From an archaeon (lineage in GTDB: Archaea; Aenigmatarchaeota; Aenigmatarchaeia; Aenigmatarchaeales; JACQIB01), in the NCBI GenBank assembly GCA_035291225.1, contig DATDSO010000004.1, positions 331,130 to 395,129 on the forward strand: a stretch of 64,000 nt of DNA, read 5' to 3'. The position numbers and the translations under genes were made by a program. Below the pieces are notes generated by a model that had not been told where the DNA came from, searched no databases, and worked only from the letters and a program-made list of their open reading frames with translations. Positions within the stretch are counted from its first letter, which is position 1. Each line of letters begins with the position of its first letter. Below, in pieces: positions 28,445 to 38,296 of the stretch.

Positions 28445-29179
28445 TCAACACCATTTTTTGTAAACTCTAGACAAATCAACTGTTTTTTTCAAATCTCTCA
28501 TCAAAACTTTCCCGGCTTTACCACTTATATTTTCTGCTCCGAAAATTTCTGCAGAGCGGAATTTTGTTTTGAAAATCAAAGATAAGTAAATGTTGAAGCT
28601 TTCTGCTATTTTGTCATAATGCCTTCTCCGAACCTGAGATTTATGTTTTCTAATGGCAGAAATTTTCTCCTCAAATTCTTTGCTTATATCAACCAGAAAA
28701 ACTTCATCTGAGTTATCATGAACTTTCTGAAAAATATCAGGATATACCCAAAGTATGAATTTCAAAATTGGAATTTGGAAATTCTTAAGAGACTCCAGAA
28801 CAATTCTATTAGTCTCTCTATGCTCCGGATGGCCTTCCGAAAGCGACGGGAGCAAAGCAACATCAGGTTTGAATTCTTTTACAATTTCAGTTATTTTAGT
28901 TTTAAATTTTTCCCTCACGAAATTTTTAATCAAACAAAGTTTTCCGTTTGGCACTCCAAGTTCCCAGAAATTTTTTACTTCCAGAAAATTTCTTTCAGAT
29001 GCAGCTTCTTTTGCGCGCAGAATTTTATTTTTTTCAAAATCTGAAAAATCAGTCCCTCTTCTGCTATCTGTGATATAAACATATCCGACCTCCCATCCTT
29101 TGTTCAGAAGTTTTATTATAGACCCACCGGCGCCGATTACAATATCATCATTGTGGGCCTGAAAACAGAGCAGTTTCAT
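28445..29179 (-). CDS. PIG-L/LmbE-family N-acetylglucosaminyl deacetylase-like protein
   Basis: N-terminal AHNDDIVIGAGG (HxDD...GxGG) motif of the LmbE family. Confidence 0.75.
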   Translation of the reverse strand: MKLLCFQAHNDDIVIGAGGSIIKLLNKGWEVGYVYITDSRRGTDFSDFEKNKILRAKEAASERNFLEVKNFWELGVPNGKLCLIKNFVREKFKTKITEIVKEFKPDVALLPSLSEGHPEHRETNRIVLESLKNFQIPILKFILWVYPDIFQKVHDNSDEVFLVDISKEFEEKISAIRKHKSQVRRRHYDKIAESFNIYLSLIFKTKFRSAEIFGAENISGKAGKVLMRDLKKTVDLSRVYKKWC

Positions 29180-29213
29180 AAATTAATTCGTTTTTTCAGA
29201 TTTATGAACATTT

Positions 29214-30161
29214 CTATTCAAGAATTTCAACAGCATCAACAACCCCATCATTATCCCTATCAACACCCTCAACAACTTTTGCAAACACGCCTCTTTCTCT
29301 TTTGTTTCCTGCGCAAACCTCATCAAACTTTTGCAGAAGCGCGAGCAGGGCAGCGCGCGTCCCTTGGTTTCCTTTTCCCGCAATAACTAAAATTTCCTTC
29401 TCTTTAGAGAAAGGATTTTTTGCTTTCACAATCATTCCCTCCTCTTCTGTGTAATGCTTATCAGAAAATTCCGAGTAAATGCTCGAGAAAAAATTTGCCT
29501 GTTGTTTCATTTCAATGAATTTTATCGGCAGACGGGGGTTTAACTTCGCTGTAATTGCATTCACGCGCGGACCCCCGATTAAAATCAAGTTTTCTTTCAT
29601 CTCCTCGGGCCGTAATTCTGTATCTATTTTCACGCAGGCCGGCGGTGAGTGATGGAGAAAAGTTCCGAGGAAAAGCGCGAACTGCGCAGCAGCCGGCCCG
29701 TCTTTTGCTCTTGTTTTAGCAGGACCGTGCGGCTCCGGGCTTCCCATGATTATTTTTGCATTTATTTTTCCGTCCAGCACAAATGGCTCAAGAAATTTTT
29801 TCTGTTCCCTGCTTAAGGAGAAAATTTTCTGCGCAGGCTCCATGGGCTTGAGAAGAATTGCAAAAGCAGTATGCGTGGGCGCGTAGAATTTTGCAGTTGC
29901 GCCGAGCTTGCTTTCCTCGCCAACTTTTTCAATCAAGCCTGCGGTTTGCAGATTTCTGATGTGATAGTAAACTTTCTGCTCGTGGACTTTGAGTTTTTTC
30001 CCGATTTGCTTCGGGTAAGAAGGGCTCTGAGAAAGCGTTTGCAGAATTTTCCATGCTAGAGGGCTTAAAGCTGACTTAAGCTTATGTGGCTCAAGGATTT
30101 TCGCGACTGCCGAAAAGTTTTTCCCCTCTTTTTGCTCAATTATATGCGCCATATCAACCAT
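29214..30161 (-). CDS. Winged-helix transcriptional regulator with C-terminal putative ligand-binding domain
   Basis: N-terminal wHTH (LAWKILQTL...PKQIGKKLKVHEQKVYYHIRNLQTAGLIEK); divergent from the glmS array. Confidence 0.55.
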   Translation of the reverse strand: MVDMAHIIEQKEGKNFSAVAKILEPHKLKSALSPLAWKILQTLSQSPSYPKQIGKKLKVHEQKVYYHIRNLQTAGLIEKVGEESKLGATAKFYAPTHTAFAILLKPMEPAQKIFSLSREQKKFLEPFVLDGKINAKIIMGSPEPHGPAKTRAKDGPAAAQFALFLGTFLHHSPPACVKIDTELRPEEMKENLILIGGPRVNAITAKLNPRLPIKFIEMKQQANFFSSIYSEFSDKHYTEEEGMIVKAKNPFSKEKEILVIAGKGNQGTRAALLALLQKFDEVCAGNKRERGVFAKVVEGVDRDNDGVVDAVEILE

Positions 30162-30289
30162 TACAAATATTCTTTTAATACTACTAAAAATATGTTGATA
30201 AGGTTTATAAAGCCCACGGGAGCATGATGTTCTATACTTTCAGTTCATAAGCGATTTTAATAGGAGAACTTTTTTAATTTTGTGATAAC

Positions 30290-32062
30290 ATGTGTGGAAT
30301 ACTCGGCTACTACGGACCAAAAAATGCGGCGCAAGTTGTAATCGATGGCCTTAAGAAATTAGAATACCGCGGCTACGATTCTGCTGGCATTGCTATTCCG
30401 AATGGGTTGGGATTTTTTGTCCACAAAAACGCCGGCCGCGTTGCTGATGTTTTTTCAAATTTTTCTTTGAACGGATTTTCCGGTGGAATAGCAATTGGCC
30501 ACACGCGTTGGGCAACGCACGGAGGAGTTACAGCAGCAAACGCGCACCCACACTTGAGCAACAACGGAAAAATTGCAGTTGCCCACAATGGGATCATAGA
30601 AAATTACCAAGAGCTGCGCGACCAGTTAATCGGAGAGGGGTTTGTTTTCAAAAGCCAGACCGATACAGAAGTTATTCCGATTTTGATTGAAAAATTCATG
30701 CGGCAGGGAAAAAATTTTGTGGATGCAACAAAGGAAACTTTGAAAACTGTAGAGGGCAGCTGGGCAATTGCTGCCTACCACATAGATGAAAAGAAATTAA
30801 TCGGCGCGCGCCACGAATCCCCGCTCGTGTTTGGCGTGGGTGACGGAGAATTTTTTCTGGGTTCAGACATTCCTGCTTTCCTTGATTATACAAAAAAAGT
30901 TATTGATTTAGACGATAAAGAGATGGTTGTTGTTGGAGAAGGTGGGTATCAATTATTTAGCTTAGCGAAAAATATTCCAGTCGGCCGCGCGCCATACTTG
31001 ATTGACTGGGACGCGGAGCAGGCAAAGAAAGGAAATTTCGACCACTTTATGATTAAGGAAATTATGGAGCAGGCTGAAGTTATCAAGCGCGCGATTGCGC
31101 AGGATAAAAATATTGTGATGAAAATTGCCGATGAAATAAAAAACGCAAAAGATGTTTATTTGATTGCGTGCGGCACGGCTTTCCATGGCTGCATTTCCGC
31201 GAGCTATGTTTTTGCGAAAATTGCGAAGAAAAGCGTGCGGCCGATTTATGCGCACGAGTTTCCGCAGTTCGCGGAATTTTTAGGTCCAGAAAGTTTGGTG
31301 ATTGCTGTTTCACAATCTGGAGAAACCGCAGACACTTTGAACGCGATTAGAATTGCAAAAGAGCGCGGGGCAAAAGTTTTCTCAATCACAAATGGAATGG
31401 GCTCTTCTCTTGCGCGCGAAAGCACTGGTGCGCTGATTCAAAAAGCCGGTCCGGAAATTTGCGTTGTCTCAACAAAGGCTTACACTTCCCAGCAGGCAAT
31501 ACAGGCAATGCTTGCATACTCAATGATTGGAAAATATGATGAGTGCATTTCAGCATTAAAAAATCTCGTGATGATGATTTTTTATTTGACTTCTGAAAAT
31601 GCGCGCGTCTACACAAAAAATCTTGCGGAGAAATTAAGATACGCGCAGCACATTTATCTTTTGGGGCGAGGCATGCTTTATCCTGCTGCGCTTGAGGCTG
31701 CGCTGAAAATAAAAGAAGTTTCTTACATTCACGCAGAAGCTTACGCGGGTGGGGAGCTGAAGCATGGAAATATTGCTTTGATTGAGCACGGAACCCCATG
31801 CATAATTTTCACGAACGAGGAAACCGAGCGCGAGATTTTGAGCAATGCTGCTGAGCTGAAAGCGCGCGGCGCTTACATTATTGGAGTCGGCCCGAAAAAC
31901 AATGAGCTGTTTGATTACTGGATAAAAGTCTGGGACGCGGGAATTTTCAATTCGGTTGTGCAGACAATTCCAATGCAGATTCTAGCTTACCAGCTCGCGA
32001 TTTTACGCGGCTGCGATCCAGACAAACCAAGAAATTTGGCGAAGAGTGTTACGGTGAAATAA
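30290..32062 (+). CDS. glmS: Glutamine--fructose-6-phosphate aminotransferase (GlmS)
   Basis: N-terminal MCGILGY Ntn-amidotransferase start, two SIS domains, 590 aa. Confidence 0.9.
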   Translation: MCGILGYYGPKNAAQVVIDGLKKLEYRGYDSAGIAIPNGLGFFVHKNAGRVADVFSNFSLNGFSGGIAIGHTRWATHGGVTAANAHPHLSNNGKIAVAHNGIIENYQELRDQLIGEGFVFKSQTDTEVIPILIEKFMRQGKNFVDATKETLKTVEGSWAIAAYHIDEKKLIGARHESPLVFGVGDGEFFLGSDIPAFLDYTKKVIDLDDKEMVVVGEGGYQLFSLAKNIPVGRAPYLIDWDAEQAKKGNFDHFMIKEIMEQAEVIKRAIAQDKNIVMKIADEIKNAKDVYLIACGTAFHGCISASYVFAKIAKKSVRPIYAHEFPQFAEFLGPESLVIAVSQSGETADTLNAIRIAKERGAKVFSITNGMGSSLARESTGALIQKAGPEICVVSTKAYTSQQAIQAMLAYSMIGKYDECISALKNLVMMIFYLTSENARVYTKNLAEKLRYAQHIYLLGRGMLYPAALEAALKIKEVSYIHAEAYAGGELKHGNIALIEHGTPCIIFTNEETEREILSNAAELKARGAYIIGVGPKNNELFDYWIKVWDAGIFNSVVQTIPMQILAYQLAILRGCDPDKPRNLAKSVTVK

Positions 32063-32063
32063 A

Positions 32064-32708
32064 ATGATAAAAGGTTTTGTTTCAGATATGGACGGCACTG
32101 TTGTGAATAGCGAGACGCTTTGCTTTGAGTCAACAAAAATGTTTTTGGAAAAATTTGGGATAGAATTTAGTAAAAAAGATTTTTCAGATATTATAGGATA
32201 TACAGAAATTGAAGCAGCAAAATTATTGAAAGAGAAGTTCAAAATATCATTAAGCATAGATTACATATTTTCTGAGAGAAGAAAATTCTTGGAAGCATTG
32301 AATGAAAATGCGTATTTGATAGAAGATTACTTGCGGCTGATATCTTTGCTAAAAAATAATAATGTAAAAATTTCTCTAGCTTCTTCCTCACCTAAGAAGC
32401 TAATAGAGAAAACTTTGAAGAGGAATGCGATAGAACAACATTTTATCGCTTCTGTTTCTGCTGAAGAAGTTGGTAGCAAAGTTAATGCCTATAAAACTGC
32501 TGTCGAGAAAATGGGACTTAGAACTTCGGAGTGTTTTGCACTTGAAGATTCTGTTTTCGGAGCAAGAGCTGCGAAAGATGCAGGACTCTATTGCGTTTTA
32601 ATTCCCAACGAGTTCATGAACGGCCATGATACTTCTTTCGTAGATGAGGTCCATAAAAGCATTCGAGACTTTCTGCACAAAGGAAAAGTCTTAAAGGAGC
32701 TGAGCTAA
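32064..32708 (+). CDS. HAD-superfamily phosphatase/phosphomutase-like hydrolase
   Basis: DMDGTV motif I at N-terminus, beta-phosphoglucomutase-like layout. Confidence 0.75.
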   Translation: MIKGFVSDMDGTVVNSETLCFESTKMFLEKFGIEFSKKDFSDIIGYTEIEAAKLLKEKFKISLSIDYIFSERRKFLEALNENAYLIEDYLRLISLLKNNNVKISLASSSPKKLIEKTLKRNAIEQHFIASVSAEEVGSKVNAYKTAVEKMGLRTSECFALEDSVFGARAAKDAGLYCVLIPNEFMNGHDTSFVDEVHKSIRDFLHKGKVLKELS

Positions 32709-33395
32709 ATGAAATCCTTAATACTTGCAGCAGGCCGCGGAGCAGGGGCAATGCCGCTTACTGAAAATGTTCCGAAAAGTTTGATAGCAGTAGGCAGGAA
32801 ACCATTTTTGTGGAATATAATCACAAACCTCCAGCTTGCGGGCTCAAATGAAATCGGAATCGTTGTTGGCTGGAAAAAAGAAAAAATAAAAGATTTTATC
32901 TTCAAGGAAGGTTTCAAGAACATAACTTTTATTGAGCAGTCCGAGCCAAAAGGAACTGCTCATGCGGTTTCGCTTGCGAAAGATTTTGTCGGCGGAGAAA
33001 ACTTTTTGGTTGTCATGGGTGACAATCTTTACTCGCCTGCTGACTTGAAAGAAATTTTAAATTCTGGCGGGAACTGCATTGCAGCTACAGAGCACGAATC
33101 TCCTGAAGAATACGGAGTTGTGCTCCACGAAAACGGAATCCTAAAAGAAATTATTGAAAAGCCTGCGGCTGCGGAAAGCAATCTGATAAACGCTGGCGCG
33201 TATTTTTTCACGCCGGAAATTTTCTCTGCGATTGAAAAGATTTCCGGAAATGGAAACATGAAACTGCCGGATGCTGTAAACGCTCTTGCGCAAAGTGAAA
33301 AAGTAAAAGTCCACAAGCTCAACGGCTACTGGTTTGATTTTGGAACTATAGAGGACATAATGAAGATCGAGGAAAAAATGGAGGAGCTGAAATAG
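32709..33395 (+). CDS. Sugar-phosphate nucleotidyltransferase
   Basis: LAAGRGAGAMPLTENVPKSL N-terminal G-rich loop of NDP-sugar pyrophosphorylases. Confidence 0.8.
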   Translation: MKSLILAAGRGAGAMPLTENVPKSLIAVGRKPFLWNIITNLQLAGSNEIGIVVGWKKEKIKDFIFKEGFKNITFIEQSEPKGTAHAVSLAKDFVGGENFLVVMGDNLYSPADLKEILNSGGNCIAATEHESPEEYGVVLHENGILKEIIEKPAAAESNLINAGAYFFTPEIFSAIEKISGNGNMKLPDAVNALAQSEKVKVHKLNGYWFDFGTIEDIMKIEEKMEELK

Positions 33396-33397
33396 TT

Positions 33398-34738
33398 ATG
33401 AATGATATTTCGCATATATTCCGCGCTTATGATATCCGCGGGATTTATGGAAAGGATTTGACAGACGAAGTTGCATATAAGATTGGTTTTGTTGTCGGCT
33501 CAAAAGAAAAATTTGTAGTCGGAAATGACATACGAGCTTCAAGCCCTGCGCTTGCGAAAGCTTTGATGGCGGGCCTGAAAGCAAAGGCAGCTGAAATAAT
33601 TTATGTTGGAGAGGCATCTTATGGCCAGACCTTGTTCGCAGGAAAACTTTTCTCAGCAGAAAAAACAATTTTTATAACAGCCTCGCATCTGCCTCCTGAA
33701 TGGAATGGAGTAAAGCCTTACCATGGAGATGGAATCGCTTTCAGCGAAAGCGAGCTAAAAAGTCTTAGAGACAAAGTTTTGGAAATGGAAGAAGCAAAAT
33801 TTTCTCCCGCTGAAGAAAAAATTCAAGATGTAAAAAAAGAATATTCTGATTTTCTTTTCAGGACTTTCAAAATTCCAAGAAAGCTGAAAATTGTTTTGGA
33901 CTGCGGGAACGGCGCGACATGCTTGTCTGCCCCGGAAATTTTCAAAAGATTTGGGCATGAAGTTATTGAAATGTTCTGCGCGCCTGACGCAAGATTTCCT
34001 AATAGGCCAAGCGAGCCAAGCCCAGAAAATATTTCTGCTTTGAGAAAAAAAGTTTTAGAAACAGGCGCAGACATGGGAATTGCTTTTGATGGCGATGGAG
34101 ACCGCTCTGCTGTTGTTGATGGAACCGGCCGCGTGCTTACAGGAAACGAAACCGGAGTCATGATTGGCTGCGACATTCTAAAAAATAATGGTGGCGCGAA
34201 AGTCATAAAAACTGTTTCATGCTCAATGGCTATTGACACCGAATTTGCTCCGCACAGCGCAAAAATAATTACAACTCCTGTTGGGCACACTTTTGTCGGC
34301 GAGGCTGTAAAAAGAGAAGGGGCGGTGATTGGAATTGAAGAGAGCGGGCATGTCTTCATTCCTGAATATGCTTACTATGATGATGCGCTTTTTGTGCCGC
34401 TGAAAATTATGGAAATCCTTTCTTCCAGCAAAAGAAAACTTTCTGAAATCGCAGATGAGCATCCTATTTATCCATTTGAGGAAATTGTTTTCAAATGCGT
34501 AGACTCAGAAAAATTTAAAATTATTGATAGATTTAAAGAAAAACTTTCTAAAAAATATTTAGATACAAACACCCTGGATGGCGTGAAAGTGAATTTTGAT
34601 GACGGCTGGACTCTTGTGCGCGCAGCAAACACAAGCCCAAAAATTCGGCTTTATGTTGAAGCTTTAAGCCAAAAAAGATTTGAGGATTTGAAAAAAGAAT
34701 TTCTTGGCTATTTGGAAGAGGAGGGATTGCATTTATGA
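33398..34738 (+). CDS. Phosphohexomutase (phosphoglucosamine mutase / phosphomannomutase family)
   Basis: Active-site region TASHLPPEWNG (cf. TASHNP), 446 aa four-domain layout. Confidence 0.85.
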   Translation: MNDISHIFRAYDIRGIYGKDLTDEVAYKIGFVVGSKEKFVVGNDIRASSPALAKALMAGLKAKAAEIIYVGEASYGQTLFAGKLFSAEKTIFITASHLPPEWNGVKPYHGDGIAFSESELKSLRDKVLEMEEAKFSPAEEKIQDVKKEYSDFLFRTFKIPRKLKIVLDCGNGATCLSAPEIFKRFGHEVIEMFCAPDARFPNRPSEPSPENISALRKKVLETGADMGIAFDGDGDRSAVVDGTGRVLTGNETGVMIGCDILKNNGGAKVIKTVSCSMAIDTEFAPHSAKIITTPVGHTFVGEAVKREGAVIGIEESGHVFIPEYAYYDDALFVPLKIMEILSSSKRKLSEIADEHPIYPFEEIVFKCVDSEKFKIIDRFKEKLSKKYLDTNTLDGVKVNFDDGWTLVRAANTSPKIRLYVEALSQKRFEDLKKEFLGYLEEEGLHL

Positions 34739-36063
34739 AAACAGTTTTCCTTTGCGGTGGAATTGGCAAGCGCATGCATCCGATTGCAGAAGAAAAATTT
34801 CTGCTGAAGTTCGCTGGAAAAACTTTGCTGGAGCGCCATATTGATGCTGCGCGCTCAGCAGGCTTGAAAGATTTTGTGATTATTGGAAACCCGCATAATA
34901 TTGAAAAAATAAAGGATTTGTGTTCAAGACAAAATGGAGCAAATTTTGAATTTGCTGTGCAGAAAGAGCCAAAAGGAATGGCGGACGCAATGCTTTCCGC
35001 CAGCCACATTTTTGACGGAGAAGATTTCATTGTTGTTAACACAAATGATATTTTTGAGCCAAGCGCTTACAAAAATATTTTGGACGCTGCGAAAAATTCC
35101 GAGCACGATTCTCTGCTTACTGGATATGAAGTGCAAAAATATTTTCCCGGCGGTTATTTCCGCACAAACGAAAATGGAGAAATGATAGAGCTTGTTGAAA
35201 AGCCGGGCGCGGAAAATATGCCGAGCAATCTTCTGAATATTGTTTTGCACTTGCACAGAAACACAAAAAAGCACTTCAAGCATTGGGCGGAAACAAAATC
35301 TGAAAAGGATGATATTTATGAGCGGGCTCTGACTGAAATGGTGAAGAGCGGCGGAAAAATAAAAGTTGTTCCCTATTCAGGATTCTGGACTGCAATAAAA
35401 TATCCATGGCACATTCATGACGCGGCAGAATTTTTCATGAAAAATCAAGAGAGAAAAATTTCTCCTAATGCGAAAATTTCCGAGCGCGCGGTTGTTGATG
35501 GAAATGTTGTGATTGAAGATGGTGTTAGAATTTTTGAGAACGCTGTTGTGCGCGGACCGGCTTACATCGGAAAAAATACAATCATTGGAAACAACGCGCT
35601 CGTTTGGTCAGGCTCGCATATTGGAGACAACTCCGTTGTGGGATTCTCAACTGAGATAAAGCATTCATACATAGGAGACAACTGCTGGTTTCATTCAAAT
35701 TATGTTGGAGATTCAATTATACTGGACAACACAACTTTCGGAGCAGGAACAATAACAGCAAACCTGCGTTTTGACAATGGAAATGTAAAAGTCAATGTAA
35801 GAGGAGAAAGAGTTGACACAGGCACAGAAAAATTCGGCGCGATTTTCGGAGAGAACTGCAAAACAGGAATCAATTGCGTTATACTTCCGGGAATAAAAAT
35901 CGGGCCGAATAGTTTTGTCGGGCCGCATGTGCATTTGGACGAAGACCTAGAGCCAGACAAAATGATTTTCCTGAAGCAAAGCCATGTAGTAAAAGAAAAC
36001 ACAATAAAGCCCGGGAAAAGCTATGAGGAGTTCAGAAAAAAACTTCCGGATGTTGGGAAGTGA
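34735..36063 (+). CDS. Bifunctional sugar-1-phosphate nucleotidyltransferase / hexapeptide-repeat acetyltransferase (archaeal GlmU-like)
   Basis: N-terminal nucleotidyltransferase fold (LCGGIGKRM) and C-terminal left-handed beta-helix hexapeptide repeats. Confidence 0.8.
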   Translation: MKTVFLCGGIGKRMHPIAEEKFLLKFAGKTLLERHIDAARSAGLKDFVIIGNPHNIEKIKDLCSRQNGANFEFAVQKEPKGMADAMLSASHIFDGEDFIVVNTNDIFEPSAYKNILDAAKNSEHDSLLTGYEVQKYFPGGYFRTNENGEMIELVEKPGAENMPSNLLNIVLHLHRNTKKHFKHWAETKSEKDDIYERALTEMVKSGGKIKVVPYSGFWTAIKYPWHIHDAAEFFMKNQERKISPNAKISERAVVDGNVVIEDGVRIFENAVVRGPAYIGKNTIIGNNALVWSGSHIGDNSVVGFSTEIKHSYIGDNCWFHSNYVGDSIILDNTTFGAGTITANLRFDNGNVKVNVRGERVDTGTEKFGAIFGENCKTGINCVILPGIKIGPNSFVGPHVHLDEDLEPDKMIFLKQSHVVKENTIKPGKSYEEFRKKLPDVGK

Positions 36064-36067
36064 TTCT

Positions 36068-37252
36068 ATGCGCCTCTACGAATTTGAAAGCAAGCAAATG
36101 CTGAAAAAAAATGGAATAAAAATTCCGCAGTCAGTTCTTTCCACTTCTGCGATTTCTGAAATCCCGTTCAACAGCGAAATTGCTGTGAAAGCCCAAGTGC
36201 TTTCTAATGGAAGGGGAAAAGCTGGCGGAGTGAAAGTTTTTTCCAGCCCAGAGGAAGCGAAAAATTTTGCGAACTCTTTGCTCGGCTCGGTTTTGCTGAA
36301 AGAAAAAGTGAAGTCTGTTTTGATTGAAAAGAAAATTAAAACAAAAAACGAATTCTACATAAGCTTTGCTTATGACACTGACACGCAGCTGCCGGTTTTG
36401 GTTTTGAGCAAATCCGGCGGAGTGGATGTCGCCGAGCTAACAAAAAACAGCTGGCTTGCGAAAATTCCCATTGACCCTTTGCTTGGGCTGAAAGAGTGGC
36501 AGGCGAGAGATGCTGCTGTTGACGCAGGATTCGCAAGCGAGCTGATTCCAAAAATTTCTGATTTTGCCTTGAGGCTTTACAATGTTTTCTCATCAGAGGA
36601 CTGCAGGCTTTTGGAAATAAATCCGCTGAGCCTGACAGAAGAAGGAGAGCTTGTTGCAGTCGGCGCGCTTATAGATTTGGACAACGATGCGGGCTATAAG
36701 CACAAGGAAAGAAATTATCCGCCGCGCATGCCCGGAGTTGGACGCGAACTTACAGACGGAGAAATGCTTGTGAAAAAATCTGACGAGGCAGATTACCGCG
36801 GCTCAATAAAATTTATTGAGCTCGGCGGAGAAATTGGATTTCTCGCAGCAGGTGGGGGCGGGAGCATGGCTGCGATGGACGCTTTAATTATTGCCGGAGG
36901 AAATCCCGCGAACTATGCGGAATTTTCCGGAGACCCGCCGAAAGAAAAAGTCTACGCGCTCGCGAAAGCAATTCTCTCGCAGAAAAATTTGGCCGGCTTG
37001 TGGATTGTCGGGGCAATTGCAAATTTCACGCGCATGGACCAGACAATGCAGGGAGTTGTTGAAGCCCTGAGAGAAGCAAAGCCAAAATATCCGATTGTTG
37101 TTCGGCGCTCGGGCCCGTATGAAAAAGAAGGATTGCAAATGCTGAAAGATGTTGGGGTCGAGCTCGGGCTTGACATTGAAGTGCACGGCTCTGAAGTTTC
37201 AATGACAGCGACTGCGAAGACAATTGCGGAGAAAGTTAAAAAACAAAAATGA
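36068..37252 (+). CDS. Succinyl-CoA synthetase beta-like ATP-grasp subunit (possible citryl-CoA synthetase / ACL beta)
   Basis: ATP-grasp N-terminus (QVLSNGRGKAGGVKV) and CoA-ligase C-terminus (GFLAAGGGGSMAAMD...GGNPANYAEF); start set at first Met after upstream stop. Confidence 0.75.
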   Translation: MRLYEFESKQMLKKNGIKIPQSVLSTSAISEIPFNSEIAVKAQVLSNGRGKAGGVKVFSSPEEAKNFANSLLGSVLLKEKVKSVLIEKKIKTKNEFYISFAYDTDTQLPVLVLSKSGGVDVAELTKNSWLAKIPIDPLLGLKEWQARDAAVDAGFASELIPKISDFALRLYNVFSSEDCRLLEINPLSLTEEGELVAVGALIDLDNDAGYKHKERNYPPRMPGVGRELTDGEMLVKKSDEADYRGSIKFIELGGEIGFLAAGGGGSMAAMDALIIAGGNPANYAEFSGDPPKEKVYALAKAILSQKNLAGLWIVGAIANFTRMDQTMQGVVEALREAKPKYPIVVRRSGPYEKEGLQMLKDVGVELGLDIEVHGSEVSMTATAKTIAEKVKKQK

Positions 37253-38163
37253 TTTTTATGAGCATTCTAATAAACAAAGAAACAAAAGTTTTAATTCAGG
37301 GAATTACTGGACGCAGCGGGCAGGTTGCGCTCCACACAATGAAAGAATACGGGACAAAAGTTTTGGCAGGTGTGACTCCGGGGAAGGGTGGGCAGGAAGT
37401 TGAAGGGGTTCCGGTTTTCAATTCAGTTCACGAGGCTTTGAAAAAATTTCCGGAAATAAATTGCTCAGCAATTTATGTTCCGCCCGCAGCTTGCCGCGAG
37501 GCAGTGATTGAGGCGGTTTCAAATGGAATTAAATTGGTGAATGTAATTACAGAAGGAGTTGCGATTCAGGACACGGTTCAAATGCTGCGCTACGCAAAAC
37601 TTTATGGAGCGCGAATTGTCGGGCCATCTTCAATTGGAATTTTAACTCCGAAGCAATGCAAGATTGGAGTTCTCGGCGGCTCTGCTGTGGACACTGACAA
37701 AATTTATTTTCCCGGAAGCATTGGAGTGATTTCGAAAAGCGGAGGCATGACAAATGAAACTGCATGGGTTGTGCGTTCAGCTGGATTGGGCCAGTCAACT
37801 GTTGTTGGAATTGGCGGGGATGTGATTTTGGGAACTGATTTTGTGGATTTGCTGAAAATGTTTGAGGCAGACAAGGAAACAAAAGGGGTTGTAATTTTCG
37901 GAGAGCCTGGCGGGACTTATGAGGACAAGATTGCCGAGGCTGTCAGGAAAAAAGAATTCACAAAACCGATTGCTGCTTTTATTGCAGGAGTTTTCGCCGA
38001 GAGGCTTCCGCACGGAACGCAGTTCGGCCACGCGGGCGCGCTGATTGAAAATGGAAGGGGCTCGCCTGTGCAGAAAATTAAAATTTTGAAAGAGGCTGGG
38101 GTTTTAATTGCGGAAACGCATGATATGTTGGGGGAGGTTATAAAAAGAGCTATTGAAAATTAA
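37249..38163 (+). CDS. Succinyl-CoA synthetase alpha-like CoA-binding subunit
   Basis: KVLIQGITGRSGQ CoA-binding start and phosphohistidine loop GTQFGHAGA. Confidence 0.8.
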   Translation: MIFMSILINKETKVLIQGITGRSGQVALHTMKEYGTKVLAGVTPGKGGQEVEGVPVFNSVHEALKKFPEINCSAIYVPPAACREAVIEAVSNGIKLVNVITEGVAIQDTVQMLRYAKLYGARIVGPSSIGILTPKQCKIGVLGGSAVDTDKIYFPGSIGVISKSGGMTNETAWVVRSAGLGQSTVVGIGGDVILGTDFVDLLKMFEADKETKGVVIFGEPGGTYEDKIAEAVRKKEFTKPIAAFIAGVFAERLPHGTQFGHAGALIENGRGSPVQKIKILKEAGVLIAETHDMLGEVIKRAIEN

Positions 38164-38169
38164 TTAAAG

Positions 38170-38268
38170 GGCTCGCAGGTTTTCGTAAACTCAAACCCGC
38201 TCGCGACTAATGTGGAATAAAAATATTTTCACACATTAGTTAGCGAGGCTCATGGGTTTACCCTGAGC
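38170..38268. other. Structured intergenic region: GC-rich repeat copy 2 plus two stem-loops
   Basis: ggctcgcaggttttcgtaaactcaaacccgctcgc (38170-38204); inverted repeats actaatgtg/cacattagt (38207-38240) and gctcatggg/accctgagc (38248-38268). Confidence 0.5.
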
Positions 38269-38296
38269 CGAGCAAATCAAAATAAGTTGTGATAAC

